Source of the DNA: Bacteroidota bacterium
Lineage (GTDB): Bacteria; Bacteroidota; Bacteroidia; Bacteroidales; FEN-979
Assembly (NCBI GenBank): GCA_026391805.1
Contig: JAPLDJ010000024.1
Location: forward strand, 15,020-79,019
Length of the DNA stretch: 64,000 nucleotides
Direction of reading: 5' to 3'
The notes beneath the pieces are model-generated. The model did no database searches. It was not told where the DNA came from and saw only the letters and a list, made by a program, of their open reading frames with translations. Shown piece after piece: positions 8,478 to 17,752 of this stretch (the stretch's first letter is position 1; each line of letters begins with the position of its first letter). The position numbers were made by a program, and so were the translations under genes.

Positions 8478-9992
8478 TCATTTCACGGAAGCCATATCAA
8501 CCATGATCTTTTCCAGTTTTTTGACCATCTCGGGACCGCTGCAGGTAAAATTATTAACAAGGATCGCGAAGATGAACCGTTTCCCTGAAGCCGTTCTGAC
8601 ATAACCGGAATAGCTTTTGACCCTGGAAATGCTGCCGGTCTTTGCACGGAGGTTCCCCTCTGCCTTTGTCCCTTTCATGTATTTTGCAAGGGTTCCGGAT
8701 ACGCCTGCCAGGGGAAGGGAGTTGTAGAAGGTTGTAAACGAAGGTGACCGGGTCATGTAAAAGAGAATATCTGCCAGTTGCCGGCAGGTGACCCCGTCGT
8801 ACCTTGAAACCCCGCATCCATCGTAGAGGAACATACCGTCCGTATCGATCCCTTTTGATTTCCAGAACTGCAGAACGGCTTTGCATCCCGATTCGGAATG
8901 GCCGCTTTTATAGATGGCAAGGCCGATCTGTTTGCTCAGGTCTTCTGCAAAAAGATTATTGCTGTGAATGTTGGTGAGCGTTACAAGTGCAGCCACGGAG
9001 GGCGAAAAGGCGGCGCAAATTCCTATCCGCTCTTTCTGAACGGACGAGAGTATGGCAGAATCAGCATTTTCGATATTTGCCGGTGGACCGCCCACCCGGA
9101 CTCCCAATAAATTCAGCTTTTTTGTAAAGTCGTTTGCAGCGACCATGGCAGGATCAGGAATGACACCGATGTATGGGAAAAAACTGTTCCCTTTTTCCAC
9201 GGTTCCCTGGATCGACATTTTAAGTGCAACGGGATTGCCTTGCAGGAAGGTCTCTGCCGGTGCTCCTTCTGCATCGGCAATGTCGTTTTCCACCTCCAGT
9301 CCCGGGATCTCAGGCTCGAGATCCTCGGCTGCAACCTTGTATTTTCCCTTTTTGTTTTTATGGCCGGTTCCCTGGAAAACATTGCCGGAATAGGTCAGCC
9401 CGCTGGCGGGAGCACAATAGGGGAGAAGGAGTTCACCCCATGTCCAGGTGGCAGGAATGCTAAAACGGCTGAACGCCCTGGGGTCACCGATCACGCTGCC
9501 GGCGATGGAGTCAATTCCGAGATCCTTCACTGCCCGCGCCCAGCGTTCAAAGGTTGACGGGGCTCCGAACGTTGGGTCACCACCTCCCCTGATGTAGAGA
9601 TTTCCTTTCAGGATCCGGTTTTCGATCATCCCATCATATTGTAATGAGGTACGGAACGATCTTGCTTCCCCGAGGATCTCCAGCGCTGCAGCTGTGGTCA
9701 GAACTTTCATGACCGAGGCCGGGACAAGGCTCATATCTGCGTTATAGGTCACCACCGGTATCTGATTCCCATTGCTGTAATCGGTAATATGATACGACAG
9801 GGATGCATGTTTCAGGGCAGTGTCCTTCTTCAGGTTTTCAAGGTCAAGAAGCAGGGTATCCATCGCCGTCAGCTTTTTAACGGCAACCGGCACTGCGGGA
9901 TGTTTTGCAGTTTCTTTCCTTGATTCCCTGTTTTGGCATGAAATCATGAAGCAGGCAATCAAAACAAGAAGAATAAAATAATATGTTCGCAT
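8478..9992 (-). CDS. dacB: PBP4-family D-alanyl-D-alanine carboxypeptidase/endopeptidase lipoprotein
   Basis: 504 aa. Lipobox FMISC, SxxK (PASVMK), DGCGVSRYD and KTGS motifs, with length and order as in PBP4 (peptidase S13). Confidence 0.8.
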   Translation of the reverse strand: MRTYYFILLVLIACFMISCQNRESRKETAKHPAVPVAVKKLTAMDTLLLDLENLKKDTALKHASLSYHITDYSNGNQIPVVTYNADMSLVPASVMKVLTTAAALEILGEARSFRTSLQYDGMIENRILKGNLYIRGGGDPTFGAPSTFERWARAVKDLGIDSIAGSVIGDPRAFSRFSIPATWTWGELLLPYCAPASGLTYSGNVFQGTGHKNKKGKYKVAAEDLEPEIPGLEVENDIADAEGAPAETFLQGNPVALKMSIQGTVEKGNSFFPYIGVIPDPAMVAANDFTKKLNLLGVRVGGPPANIENADSAILSSVQKERIGICAAFSPSVAALVTLTNIHSNNLFAEDLSKQIGLAIYKSGHSESGCKAVLQFWKSKGIDTDGMFLYDGCGVSRYDGVTCRQLADILFYMTRSPSFTTFYNSLPLAGVSGTLAKYMKGTKAEGNLRAKTGSISRVKSYSGYVRTASGKRFIFAILVNNFTCSGPEMVKKLEKIMVDMASVK

Positions 9993-10059
9993 GCAGCAAT
10001 TTTAAACAAAGATGACGAAAAAACAGTAAAGATCTGCCAAATTCCGGAACAAGTTTGCA

Positions 10060-10221
10060 AAGCATACCTCCTTCGTGGTTCTTCGTGTCTTCTTCGTGAA
10101 CCCTCGTGTAACCATTATTAAATCTGATAAAACAAGATATTCAGGCGGGGATTTCTCCAAATGACTTTAAACAGGAATGCATTTTTTAATTTCACGAAGA
10201 CCACTAAGAAGACACGAAGAA
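10060..10221. repeat. long hairpin element, CACGAAG dialect
   Basis: The arm CCTTCGTGGTTCTTCGTGTCTTCTTCGTGAA (10060-10090) has its inverted complement TTCACGAAGACCACTAAGAAGACACGAAGAACCACGAAGAA at 10181-10221, separated by an AT-rich loop of about 90 nt. Confidence 0.65.
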
Positions 10222-10351
10222 CCACGAAGAATAGTCCTTTAACTGTCTTTTTAACCTCTGTTCCATTAAATTCAAATATAAATTTTAAGCGAGAATCCTT
10301 ACTTACTTGATACGAGCTTTCAACATGGTTTTTATAAAACATTAACATATT

Positions 10352-10359
10352 TATTTTTG
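10352..10359 (+). promoter_or_regulatory. candidate -7 box (TATTTTTG) for the carboxylase operon
   Basis: Exact TAnnTTTG match 94 nt upstream of ATG 10454, in an AT-rich spacer. Confidence 0.35.
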
Positions 10360-10453
10360 TCAGTTTCCCATATATTTCTAATTTCGTTCCCCTTTTAAAA
10401 ATTAACAGGTTGAATGTGAATCCGTTCAAAACGAATAATAAAGTAATTTCAGT

Positions 10454-11959
10454 ATGATCCGAAAAGTCTTGGTTGCAAACCGTGGGGAGATCGCCGTCCG
10501 AGTCATGCGCTCGTGCCGGGAGTTGGGACTGATCACCGTGGGCGTTTATTCAGAAGCCGACCGGAAAGCCATGCACATCAGGTATGCTGATGAGGCCTAT
10601 CTCATTGGTCCGGCACCATCGAGGGAGAGTTATCTGAACATCGATAACATCATTGAGGCAGCGAAGAAATCAGGTGCGGATGCCATTCATCCGGGGTATG
10701 GTTTCCTTTCGGAGAATGCAGCATTTTCAGAACGCTGCAAACAGGAAGGGATCATCTTTATTGGTCCCTCAGCACACTCCATCTCCACTATGGGCGATAA
10801 GATCACGGCCCGGCAGACGATGACGAATGCTGGCGTTCCGGTGGTTCCGGGTACGGAAAAGATCAGGGATGAGCAGCAGGCACTCGAGTTTGCACACCAG
10901 GTGGGCGTTCCGATCATGATCAAGGCATCAGCCGGGGGCGGTGGAAAAGGAATGCGGCTTGTCAAGGATATGGATGACTTGCTGCCATCTTTCCGGACGG
11001 CAAAATCGGAAGCGCTGAATGCGTTCGGGGACGATTCCGTTTACATCGAGAAATACATTGAATCGCCGCACCACATCGAATTCCAGATCCTTGCCGACCG
11101 GCACGGGAATGTGATCCACCTGTTCGAGCGTGAATGTTCGATCCAGCGCCGGCATCAGAAGGTCATCGAAGAAACGCCTTCGCCCCTGATGACACCGGAA
11201 CTTCGGGAAGAGATGGGAAAATTTGCAGTTGCCGCTACAAAAGCCGTGAATTATGAAGGCGCAGGCACCATCGAATTCATTGTCAGCGATTCGCTTGAAT
11301 ACTATTTCCTGGAGATGAACACCCGGCTGCAGGTGGAACACCCCGTCACCGAAAGGGTGGTCGGGGTGGATCTTGTAAAAGAGCAGATCAACATTGCAAA
11401 CGGACTTCCGCTCGCAATGAAACAGGAAGACCTGAAACAGACGGGCCATGCCATTCAGTGCCGCATCTATGCCGAGGATCCCGATCATAACTTTATTCCC
11501 CACCCGGGTGTGGTCACACACATCACGGTGCCGCTCGGCCTTGGTGTGCGATACGACGGGTATGTGTATGAAGGGTACGAGATCCCGATGCATTACGATC
11601 CGCTGATCTCAAAGCTGATCTCCTGGGGAAAGACCCGCGCGGAATCCATCGCCCGCATGCGCCGCGCACTCTATGAATACAAGATCACAGGTGTGAAAAC
11701 GAACATCAAATTCCTGGAAAAGATCATGGATGTTCCTGATTTTATCGAGGGAAGATACAACACCCATTTTATTGAGAATAACAGTGACCGGCTGCTCTCT
11801 CCGAAATTGTGCGGGACCGAATGTGAGGACATGGCCATCATCGCCTGCTTCATCGACTACCTGGATAAAATTGAGAAGGTTCAGCCCCAGAAATTCACGG
11901 AGGAGTTTGCTTCAACCTGGAAGGACTTCGGACGAAAGAGAAGCGTTTTACGATTATAA
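10454..11959 (+). CDS. accC: biotin carboxylase subunit of an acyl-CoA carboxylase
   Basis: N-terminus MIRKVLVANRGEIAVRV, ATP-grasp glycine loop KASAGGGGKGMR, then EMNTRLQVEHPVTE. Canonical biotin carboxylase. Confidence 0.9.
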   Translation: MIRKVLVANRGEIAVRVMRSCRELGLITVGVYSEADRKAMHIRYADEAYLIGPAPSRESYLNIDNIIEAAKKSGADAIHPGYGFLSENAAFSERCKQEGIIFIGPSAHSISTMGDKITARQTMTNAGVPVVPGTEKIRDEQQALEFAHQVGVPIMIKASAGGGGKGMRLVKDMDDLLPSFRTAKSEALNAFGDDSVYIEKYIESPHHIEFQILADRHGNVIHLFERECSIQRRHQKVIEETPSPLMTPELREEMGKFAVAATKAVNYEGAGTIEFIVSDSLEYYFLEMNTRLQVEHPVTERVVGVDLVKEQINIANGLPLAMKQEDLKQTGHAIQCRIYAEDPDHNFIPHPGVVTHITVPLGLGVRYDGYVYEGYEIPMHYDPLISKLISWGKTRAESIARMRRALYEYKITGVKTNIKFLEKIMDVPDFIEGRYNTHFIENNSDRLLSPKLCGTECEDMAIIACFIDYLDKIEKVQPQKFTEEFASTWKDFGRKRSVLRL

Positions 11960-11974
11960 TTATACACGCAACGT

Positions 11975-12493
11975 ATGGCTTACGAAATTAAACTGGAACA
12001 CCGCAACGCACAGATCGAAGTGCTGAACCGGGCAGGGAACAAGGTCGTGATTGCTGTGGATGACCGGAAATATGAGCTGGATATCGTGATGGTGGAAAAA
12101 GGCGTCTATTCCATCCTCTACAACGGACATTCCTACAACATTGAGCTGATCGAAGGTGAAACCAGCAAGGAATACATCGTGAACACCTTTGCAAGGTCAT
12201 TTGAGGCCGAGATCATTGACGCGGAGACTAAATACCAGCAAAGCAGGAAACTGGGAACAGATGCCGAAGGCGATAACGACATCTCCTCGCCGATGCCCGG
12301 CAAGGTGGTCAAAATACCTGTAAAGGTTGGTGATCCTGTGGTCTCCGGGCAGACACTCATCGTTGTTGAAGCCATGAAGATGCAGAGCGAATTCAAGGCC
12401 ACAGCCGACCGCACTGTACGCGAGATCCTGGTCAGCGAAGGCGATACCGTGAATGCACACCAGGTGATGATGAAGCTGGAAGAAAGCGCTTAG
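11975..12493 (+). CDS. biotin carboxyl carrier protein
   Basis: 172 aa with a C-terminal biotinyl domain and the EAMKMQ biotinylation motif (VVEAMKMQSEF). Confidence 0.85.
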   Translation: MAYEIKLEHRNAQIEVLNRAGNKVVIAVDDRKYELDIVMVEKGVYSILYNGHSYNIELIEGETSKEYIVNTFARSFEAEIIDAETKYQQSRKLGTDAEGDNDISSPMPGKVVKIPVKVGDPVVSGQTLIVVEAMKMQSEFKATADRTVREILVSEGDTVNAHQVMMKLEESA

Positions 12494-12557
12494 CGCATAG
12501 CGCCTGGCGCTAAGAGATGACAAACAAAGATTAACCGAGAATAAAATCGATAGAAAT

Positions 12558-14096
12558 ATGCATACACACGAGGAAACCTACCGTCAGCTTGAAGAGAAAA
12601 ACCGTCTTGCAGAGCTGGGAGGCGGAGCCGATAAAATCGAAAAGCAGCACAAGGCGGGAAGGCTAACTGCACGCGAGCGCATCCTGATGCTGCTCGACCC
12701 GAACACCTTCGTGGAGATGGACAAACTGGTGACCCATCGATGCAAGGATTTCGGCATGGAAAAGAATAAAATATACGGCGACGGAATGGTGACCGGATAT
12801 GGTAAGATCGACGGACGGCTGGTTTTTGTTTTTGCGCAGGACTTTACCGTTTTCGGAGGTACGATGAGCCGCGCCAATGCCGAAAAGGTATGCAAAGCGA
12901 TGGACATGGCCATGAAGGTAGGTGCGCCTGTGATCGGTCTCAACGACTCGGGCGGCGCCAGGATACAGGAAGGCGTGGAAAGCCTGGCAGGCTATGCAGA
13001 TATCTTTTACCGGAATGTGATGGCTTCGGGTGTGATCCCCCAGATCTCGGCGATCCTTGGCCCCTGTGCCGGGGGTGCTGTTTATTCCCCTGCCATGACC
13101 GACTTCATCCTGATGGTGAAGGAATCCAGCTACATGTTCGTGACCGGTCCGGAAGTAATCAAAACGGTTACGCACGAAGAGGTGACCATGGATGAACTGG
13201 GCGGCGCGATGACGCACAATACAAAGAGCGGTGTGGCCAATTTTGCTGCCGAGAACGACGAGCAGTTGCTGATGATGGTGCGTGAGCTGATGAGCTTCCT
13301 TCCTTCCAACAACATGGAAGATCCGCCTACGCAGCCCTGTACCGACGATATCATGCGGCAGGATGAATCCCTTCAGACGGTCATCCCTACGGATCCGAAC
13401 AAGCCGTATGACATGAAGGAGATCATCACGGCTGTTGCAGATAACCGGAACTTCTTCGAGGTTATGCCGCATTATGCCATGAACATCATTACAGGTTTTG
13501 CGCGGCTCGGAGGAAAACCGGTCGGCATTGTCGCCAACCAGCCGGCTTACCTGGCTGGTGTGCTGGACATCAACTCGGCGATAAAAGGCGCACGGTTCGT
13601 GCGTTTCTGCGATTGCTTCAACATCCCCCTGATCACATTTGAAGATGTTCCGGGATTCCTTCCGGGAACAAACCAGGAATACAACGGCATCATCAAGCAC
13701 GGGGCAAAACTGCTCTATGCTTTCTGCGAAGCCACCGTTCCGAAGATCACGGTCATTACGCGCAAAGCCTATGGAGGAGCCTACTGCGTGATGTCGAGCA
13801 AGCACATTGGCGGCGATGTCAATTATTCCTACCCGATGGGAGAAATCGCCGTTATGGGCCCGGAAGGCGCTGTCAACATCCTTCACAAGGGAAAGCTTTC
13901 GGAAGAGAAACGTGCCGAAGCCGTCGAACATTACCGCGATACCTTTGCCAGCCCATACAAAGCTGCCGAACTCGGATACATCGACGAGATCATCTACCCG
14001 AAAGAGACCCGGATCAAGCTGATCCAGGCGCTGGAACTCATGCAGAACAAGAGCAAGACCAACCCGCCGAAGAAGCACGGGAACATACCTCTTTAA
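12558..14096 (+). CDS. acyl-CoA carboxylase carboxyltransferase (PccB / methylmalonyl-CoA carboxyltransferase family)
   Basis: 512 aa. It has the family hallmarks [26 protein letters not shown] and [11 protein letters not shown]. Last gene of a BC-BCCP-CT operon. Confidence 0.9.
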   Translation: MHTHEETYRQLEEKNRLAELGGGADKIEKQHKAGRLTARERILMLLDPNTFVEMDKLVTHRCKDFGMEKNKIYGDGMVTGYGKIDGRLVFVFAQDFTVFGGTMSRANAEKVCKAMDMAMKVGAPVIGLNDSGGARIQEGVESLAGYADIFYRNVMASGVIPQISAILGPCAGGAVYSPAMTDFILMVKESSYMFVTGPEVIKTVTHEEVTMDELGGAMTHNTKSGVANFAAENDEQLLMMVRELMSFLPSNNMEDPPTQPCTDDIMRQDESLQTVIPTDPNKPYDMKEIITAVADNRNFFEVMPHYAMNIITGFARLGGKPVGIVANQPAYLAGVLDINSAIKGARFVRFCDCFNIPLITFEDVPGFLPGTNQEYNGIIKHGAKLLYAFCEATVPKITVITRKAYGGAYCVMSSKHIGGDVNYSYPMGEIAVMGPEGAVNILHKGKLSEEKRAEAVEHYRDTFASPYKAAELGYIDEIIYPKETRIKLIQALELMQNKSKTNPPKKHGNIPL

Positions 14097-14296
14097 ATAG
14101 CGAAAGGCGAAATAGCGAAAACTATTTTATTGCGAGGAGTGCAACGACGAAGCAATCTCCTTTCTTAGCCCCGCATTGTTGTCATCGCGAGGAACGAAGT
14201 GACGAAGCGACCTCTTTTAACTATTTCGCTATCTCGCAATTTTTCAATTTTTTATTACAAGTCCCGATTTCATCGGGGCGAAGCAACCCCCTGCAC
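14097..14296. repeat. cluster of short dispersed repeats (GCGAAA motifs plus three GTCATTGCGAG...CGAAGCAA units)
   Basis: ATAGCGAAAGGCGAAATAGCGAAAA at 14097. Units at about 14127-14160 (TTATTGCGAGGAGTGCAACGACGAAGCAATCTCC), 14179-14214 and 14258-14296 (GTCCCGATTTCATCGGGGCGAAGCAACCCCCTGCAC). Related units occur at 16226-16478 and 40131-40215. Confidence 0.7.
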
Positions 14297-14422
14297 GTTC
14301 AGTAAGACTTTCCCTTTAATCCGCCAAACAGGGGAAAGGTAATGTGACTTCGAAAAAATAACTTATAAATCATAAATAAGGAGATTGAATTTTGTGATAA
14401 GAGGTAGATTGGAGTAAATGCA

Positions 14423-16099
14423 CTATTCAACGATCATCTTGCCGGTATACATGGTTGTTCCATCTGAGAGAGTTACAGAATAGAAACCGGAGGCAATTCC
14501 GTTGAGATCAGTTTTTGAATTATGGTCATCCAAATGCAAAGTCTGGCTCTTCAATAATTTGCCATTACTATTAAAGATGTTCAGAATAAGATTGTCCTTA
14601 TGAATGAATTCCTGAGGGATCTTTACTCTGAAGGAGCCTTTATTTGGATTTCCATAGATTTTAAGAGCGTGGTTTTCCGATGGTTTTTCTTTTTCCTTAA
14701 CTCCTGCTATCATTTCATGTTTGGCAAATACGATATCTGCCCAGCCATAATTAGTGAATGTATTATTTCCCATTGTAATGCTATAACTTCCGCCAGGTGC
14801 TGACTCTGGAGGAAATTGGCCGGTTGTGTATATACTACTTTCATCAGATGCGATACTTAGACCCATGGCTACTCCTGCATTGTCAACCCCCAGTACATCT
14901 CCATTTTTATTATAACAAGCAATAAACAGATCTTCAGGTGTATTAGCATTAATAATAAAATTTCCAAGTGTTCCCTGACCAGTTAAGAAGCCGGTAATTA
15001 TAACAGTACTATCATTTTGTGCATTGACCCCAGTACACCCTATTGAATAAGATGAAAAAAGTTGTTCTTTCCATAATAACTTGCCAGTAGAATCATATTT
15101 TAATAGCAAGCCATTGTTCTCACTATTTGCAATTAAAGTATCATGACTAAATATGCATGTTCCAAAAAAGATTCCTGTACAATAAATATTGCCATTCTTG
15201 TCGATATCCATCATAGGATCGGAAAAAATTGTATTAGGTTGTCCTTCAAATTTCATCCATTTAGCATTACTGTTATTTGCATCCATGCAAATTAAATCAT
15301 AACCAGTTCCGTGTACATCGGTGATTGATACAGTATCTATACGAAGGGTATCATTTATAGAGGCAGAATAAGCATTGCCAGAAGCATAAATACAATTATT
15401 AATGCACCTCAAGGATAAAAAGTGAATTTGAGATTGATAACCAGAATAAGGAAATTTTGTTTTAGCCCATAAATTATTCCCATTAGGGTCGAACTTTGCC
15501 AAGAAAGTACCTGCTGCTATCGTGCTTGTATCGATTATGTTTGTTGCATTTGAATAACCTCCCATAAAGACATTTCCGTTATTATCAACAGCCAGACTGG
15601 TTCCATACGAAATTGCATTTTGGGGAGTGGCAATGTTTTTTATCCAAAGGCAATTTCCATCGACATTAATTTTTGCCAGAAACCCAGTGCCATTTGAACC
15701 TGAATACAAGTGACAAGTGTCAATACTACATGAATTATCATACGAACCAGCTAAATAAATGACATTGTTAAGGGTATCAAAGGCAAACACAATGTTCATG
15801 TTCCCCAAAGGGCTGACGCAATTCTTGACCCATTGTAAATTCCCACTATCGTTATATTTTGCAATGAATGCATCACTTGAACCAAATAAAGTGTCTTCTT
15901 CAATGTAGCAGTTGTAATATTTTTGATATTGGAAGGGCTTTGCATAGGTTCCATATAAGTATATATTATGTTGAGAATCTATATGACTGATAAAAGCCTG
16001 ATCAACCCCAGGACCACCGATCTGTTTGGCCCATTCCCAGGATTGAGCCATCAGCTGATAAGGACATATCATCAGGAATAAAATGAAAACCCTTTTCAT
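14423..16099 (-). CDS. T9SS C-terminal-sorting-domain protein with beta-propeller-like (SBBP-type) repeats
   Basis: Signal peptide MKRVFILFLMICPYQLMAQ. Repeated D..GN.Y..G segments (DSQHNIYLYGT, DNNGNVFMGGY, DKNGNIYCTGIF...). The last about 80 aa (LKIYGNPNKGSFRVKIP...GFYSVTLSDGTTMYTGKMIVE) look like a Por secretion tail. Markedly AT-rich. Confidence 0.75.
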   Translation of the reverse strand: MKRVFILFLMICPYQLMAQSWEWAKQIGGPGVDQAFISHIDSQHNIYLYGTYAKPFQYQKYYNCYIEEDTLFGSSDAFIAKYNDSGNLQWVKNCVSPLGNMNIVFAFDTLNNVIYLAGSYDNSCSIDTCHLYSGSNGTGFLAKINVDGNCLWIKNIATPQNAISYGTSLAVDNNGNVFMGGYSNATNIIDTSTIAAGTFLAKFDPNGNNLWAKTKFPYSGYQSQIHFLSLRCINNCIYASGNAYSASINDTLRIDTVSITDVHGTGYDLICMDANNSNAKWMKFEGQPNTIFSDPMMDIDKNGNIYCTGIFFGTCIFSHDTLIANSENNGLLLKYDSTGKLLWKEQLFSSYSIGCTGVNAQNDSTVIITGFLTGQGTLGNFIINANTPEDLFIACYNKNGDVLGVDNAGVAMGLSIASDESSIYTTGQFPPESAPGGSYSITMGNNTFTNYGWADIVFAKHEMIAGVKEKEKPSENHALKIYGNPNKGSFRVKIPQEFIHKDNLILNIFNSNGKLLKSQTLHLDDHNSKTDLNGIASGFYSVTLSDGTTMYTGKMIVE

Positions 16100-16225
16100 T
16101 TTCGGAATCTTTAAACGATCACTAATTTAGGTAATTCCGCGAATTGTAACACACACGTTTCAAATAAATGGTCAATTATTTTTTATGAAGAGATGAAACA
16201 ACCCAGATCTGGCTGGAAGATTTGT

Positions 16226-16478
16226 GAGGTTGCTTCGCTTCGCTCGCAATGACATCGTGTTAGGCAAGTAAGGGAGATTGCTTCGTAGCTTCGCTACTCG
16301 CAATATTAAATTGCAAACCATCGAGATTGTGAAATGGCGAAAAATTCCATTAATATTGCGAGCAAAGCGAAGCAATCTCCCTTCAATTATAGCCCGCACT
16401 TGTCATTGCGAGTCCCGATTTCATCGGGACGAAGCAACCTTTTTTCGCTACTTCGCCCCCTCGCTCCTTCGCTTTTTT
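16226..16478. repeat. cluster of GTCATTGCGAG...CGAAGCAATC units in both orientations
   Basis: Units at about 16226-16256 (reverse), 16272-16307 (reverse), 16352-16381 (forward) and 16399-16439 (forward, with the CCCGATTTCATCGGG insert). 16272-16285 pairs perfectly with 16368-16381 (14 bp). 16297-16307 pairs with 16352-16362 (11 bp). The cluster ends with TTTCGCTACTTCGCCCCCTCGCTCCTTCGC. Confidence 0.7.
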
Positions 16479-16515
16479 GTCAGCATTGAATGTAAGGCTG
16501 GGTGTACGATTTTCG

Positions 16516-16523
16516 TATCTTTG
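16516..16523 (+). promoter_or_regulatory. candidate -7 box (TATCTTTG) for the M20 amidohydrolase gene
   Basis: Exact TAnnTTTG match 20 nt upstream of ATG 16544. Confidence 0.4.
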
Positions 16524-16543
16524 AAAAATAATCCGCTCCCCTC

Positions 16544-17749
16544 ATGAACGAGTTAAAGAACCTGATAAAAAGCCTCTCTTCGGAATATTTTGAAGAGGTC
16601 CGGGCGATCCGCCGCCACCTTCACCAGCATCCCGAACTTTCCTGCCAGGAATTCAAAACGGCTGAGTTCATCTGTAAAAAGCTTGATGAATATGGTATTT
16701 CCTACATCCGGGGTGTTGCGGAAACCGGGGTGGTAGGCATCATCAACGGGATCAACCCCGAATCGAAAAACGTTGCCCTGCGGGCCGACATGGATGCATT
16801 GCTGGTGAAAGAGGAAAATGCGGTTGAATATAAATCGCTGGTTCCGGGAAAAATGCATGCCTGCGGGCACGATGTGCACATGGCAAGTTTGCTCGGCGCA
16901 GCCCGCATCCTCGAACATCTGAAGAACAAATTTGAAGGCAGCGTAAAACTTATATTCCAGCCCTCCGAGGAGAGCTATCCCGGCGGTGCTGTGCGGATGA
17001 TCCGCGAAGGCGTCCTGAAAAATCCCGATACCGTTTCCGTCATCGGCCAGCATGTGATCAATACCGTGGATATCGGGAAGATCGGGCTTAAGGCCGGTCC
17101 CTACATGGCCTCCACCGACGAGGTCTTCCTTACTGTAAAAGGAATCGGCGGCCATGCGGCAACACCTGAACAACTGGTGGACCCGATTCTGATCGCAAGT
17201 CATATCATCGTGGCGCTCCAGCAGATCGTCAGCCGGAATGCCAACCCGATCATCCCGACCGTTATTTCGTTCGGAAGGATCATCGGCGACGGCCGTACAA
17301 ACATCATCCCCGACATGGTTTCCGTGGCCGGCACCGTACGTACCTATGATGAATCCTGGAGAAGGACCATCCATGAAAAGATCACCCATATGGCTGCTGC
17401 CATCGCTGAAGCCATGGGCGGAAGCTGCGAAGTGAAAATTTCACACGGATATCCCTTCCTGAATAATGATGAAGAACTGACCACAAAAATACGTTCATGG
17501 GCAACAGACTATCTCGGCGCAGAAAACGTTATGGAACTTGAAGCGCGGATGACATCGGAAGATTTTTCCTATTTCGCCAACGAAGTGCCTTCCTGCTTTT
17601 ACCGGCTTGGCATCCGGAACGAACAGAAGGGCATACGGTCAAATCTTCACACTTCGACCTTCGACGTGGATGAATCCTGCCTGGCAACGGGCATGGGCCT
17701 CATGGCATGGCTTGCGCTCAGCCGCCTCAACGAACTGAAGCATTTGTAA
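16544..17749 (+). CDS. M20/M20D-family amidohydrolase (N-acyl-amino-acid amidohydrolase / hippurate hydrolase-like)
   Basis: 401 aa with RRHLHQHPELS, MHACGHD and GGHAA segments, typical of the M20D aminoacylase family. Confidence 0.85.
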   Translation: MNELKNLIKSLSSEYFEEVRAIRRHLHQHPELSCQEFKTAEFICKKLDEYGISYIRGVAETGVVGIINGINPESKNVALRADMDALLVKEENAVEYKSLVPGKMHACGHDVHMASLLGAARILEHLKNKFEGSVKLIFQPSEESYPGGAVRMIREGVLKNPDTVSVIGQHVINTVDIGKIGLKAGPYMASTDEVFLTVKGIGGHAATPEQLVDPILIASHIIVALQQIVSRNANPIIPTVISFGRIIGDGRTNIIPDMVSVAGTVRTYDESWRRTIHEKITHMAAAIAEAMGGSCEVKISHGYPFLNNDEELTTKIRSWATDYLGAENVMELEARMTSEDFSYFANEVPSCFYRLGIRNEQKGIRSNLHTSTFDVDESCLATGMGLMAWLALSRLNELKHL

Positions 17750-17752
17750 TCA

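Noticed and set aside
10118-10429. 103-aa minus-strand ORF in the PBP4/accC spacer.
   Set aside because: It reads straight through the CACGAAG hairpin element (FFVVLRVFLVVFV) and an AT-rich promoter region. There is no motif and no box upstream.
12663-14078. 471-aa ORF antisense to the carboxyltransferase gene. Similar long antisense ORFs occur at 10928-11593 and 12197-12523.
   Set aside because: The plus-strand frame has unmistakable PccB-family motifs along its whole length. The antisense product is Arg/His/Gly-rich with no motif. This is a typical shadow ORF in GC-rich coding DNA.
10454-14096. The acyl-CoA carboxylase operon as part of the 22.6-40 kb lipid/glycan cluster, supplying extender units.
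   Set aside because: It is separated from the cluster by 8 kb of unrelated genes (T9SS cassette, M20, TPR, rsmA), has core-like GC content and has its own promoter. A metabolic link is possible but is not supported by the arrangement.
14097-16478. Possible CRISPR array, suggested by the repeated 30-40-nt units.
   Set aside because: The units differ in their cores, occur in both orientations, have irregular spacing with no unique spacers of constant length, and there are no cas genes in the window.
16172-16547. 75- and 89-aa ORFs in the 16.1-16.5 kb spacer, and 134/68-aa ORFs at 39983-40387.
   Set aside because: They are translations of the dispersed repeat units (VIARS.ATKQ, HCEE.SDEA peptides). 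The same DNA occurs in both orientations, so it is not conserved as protein.
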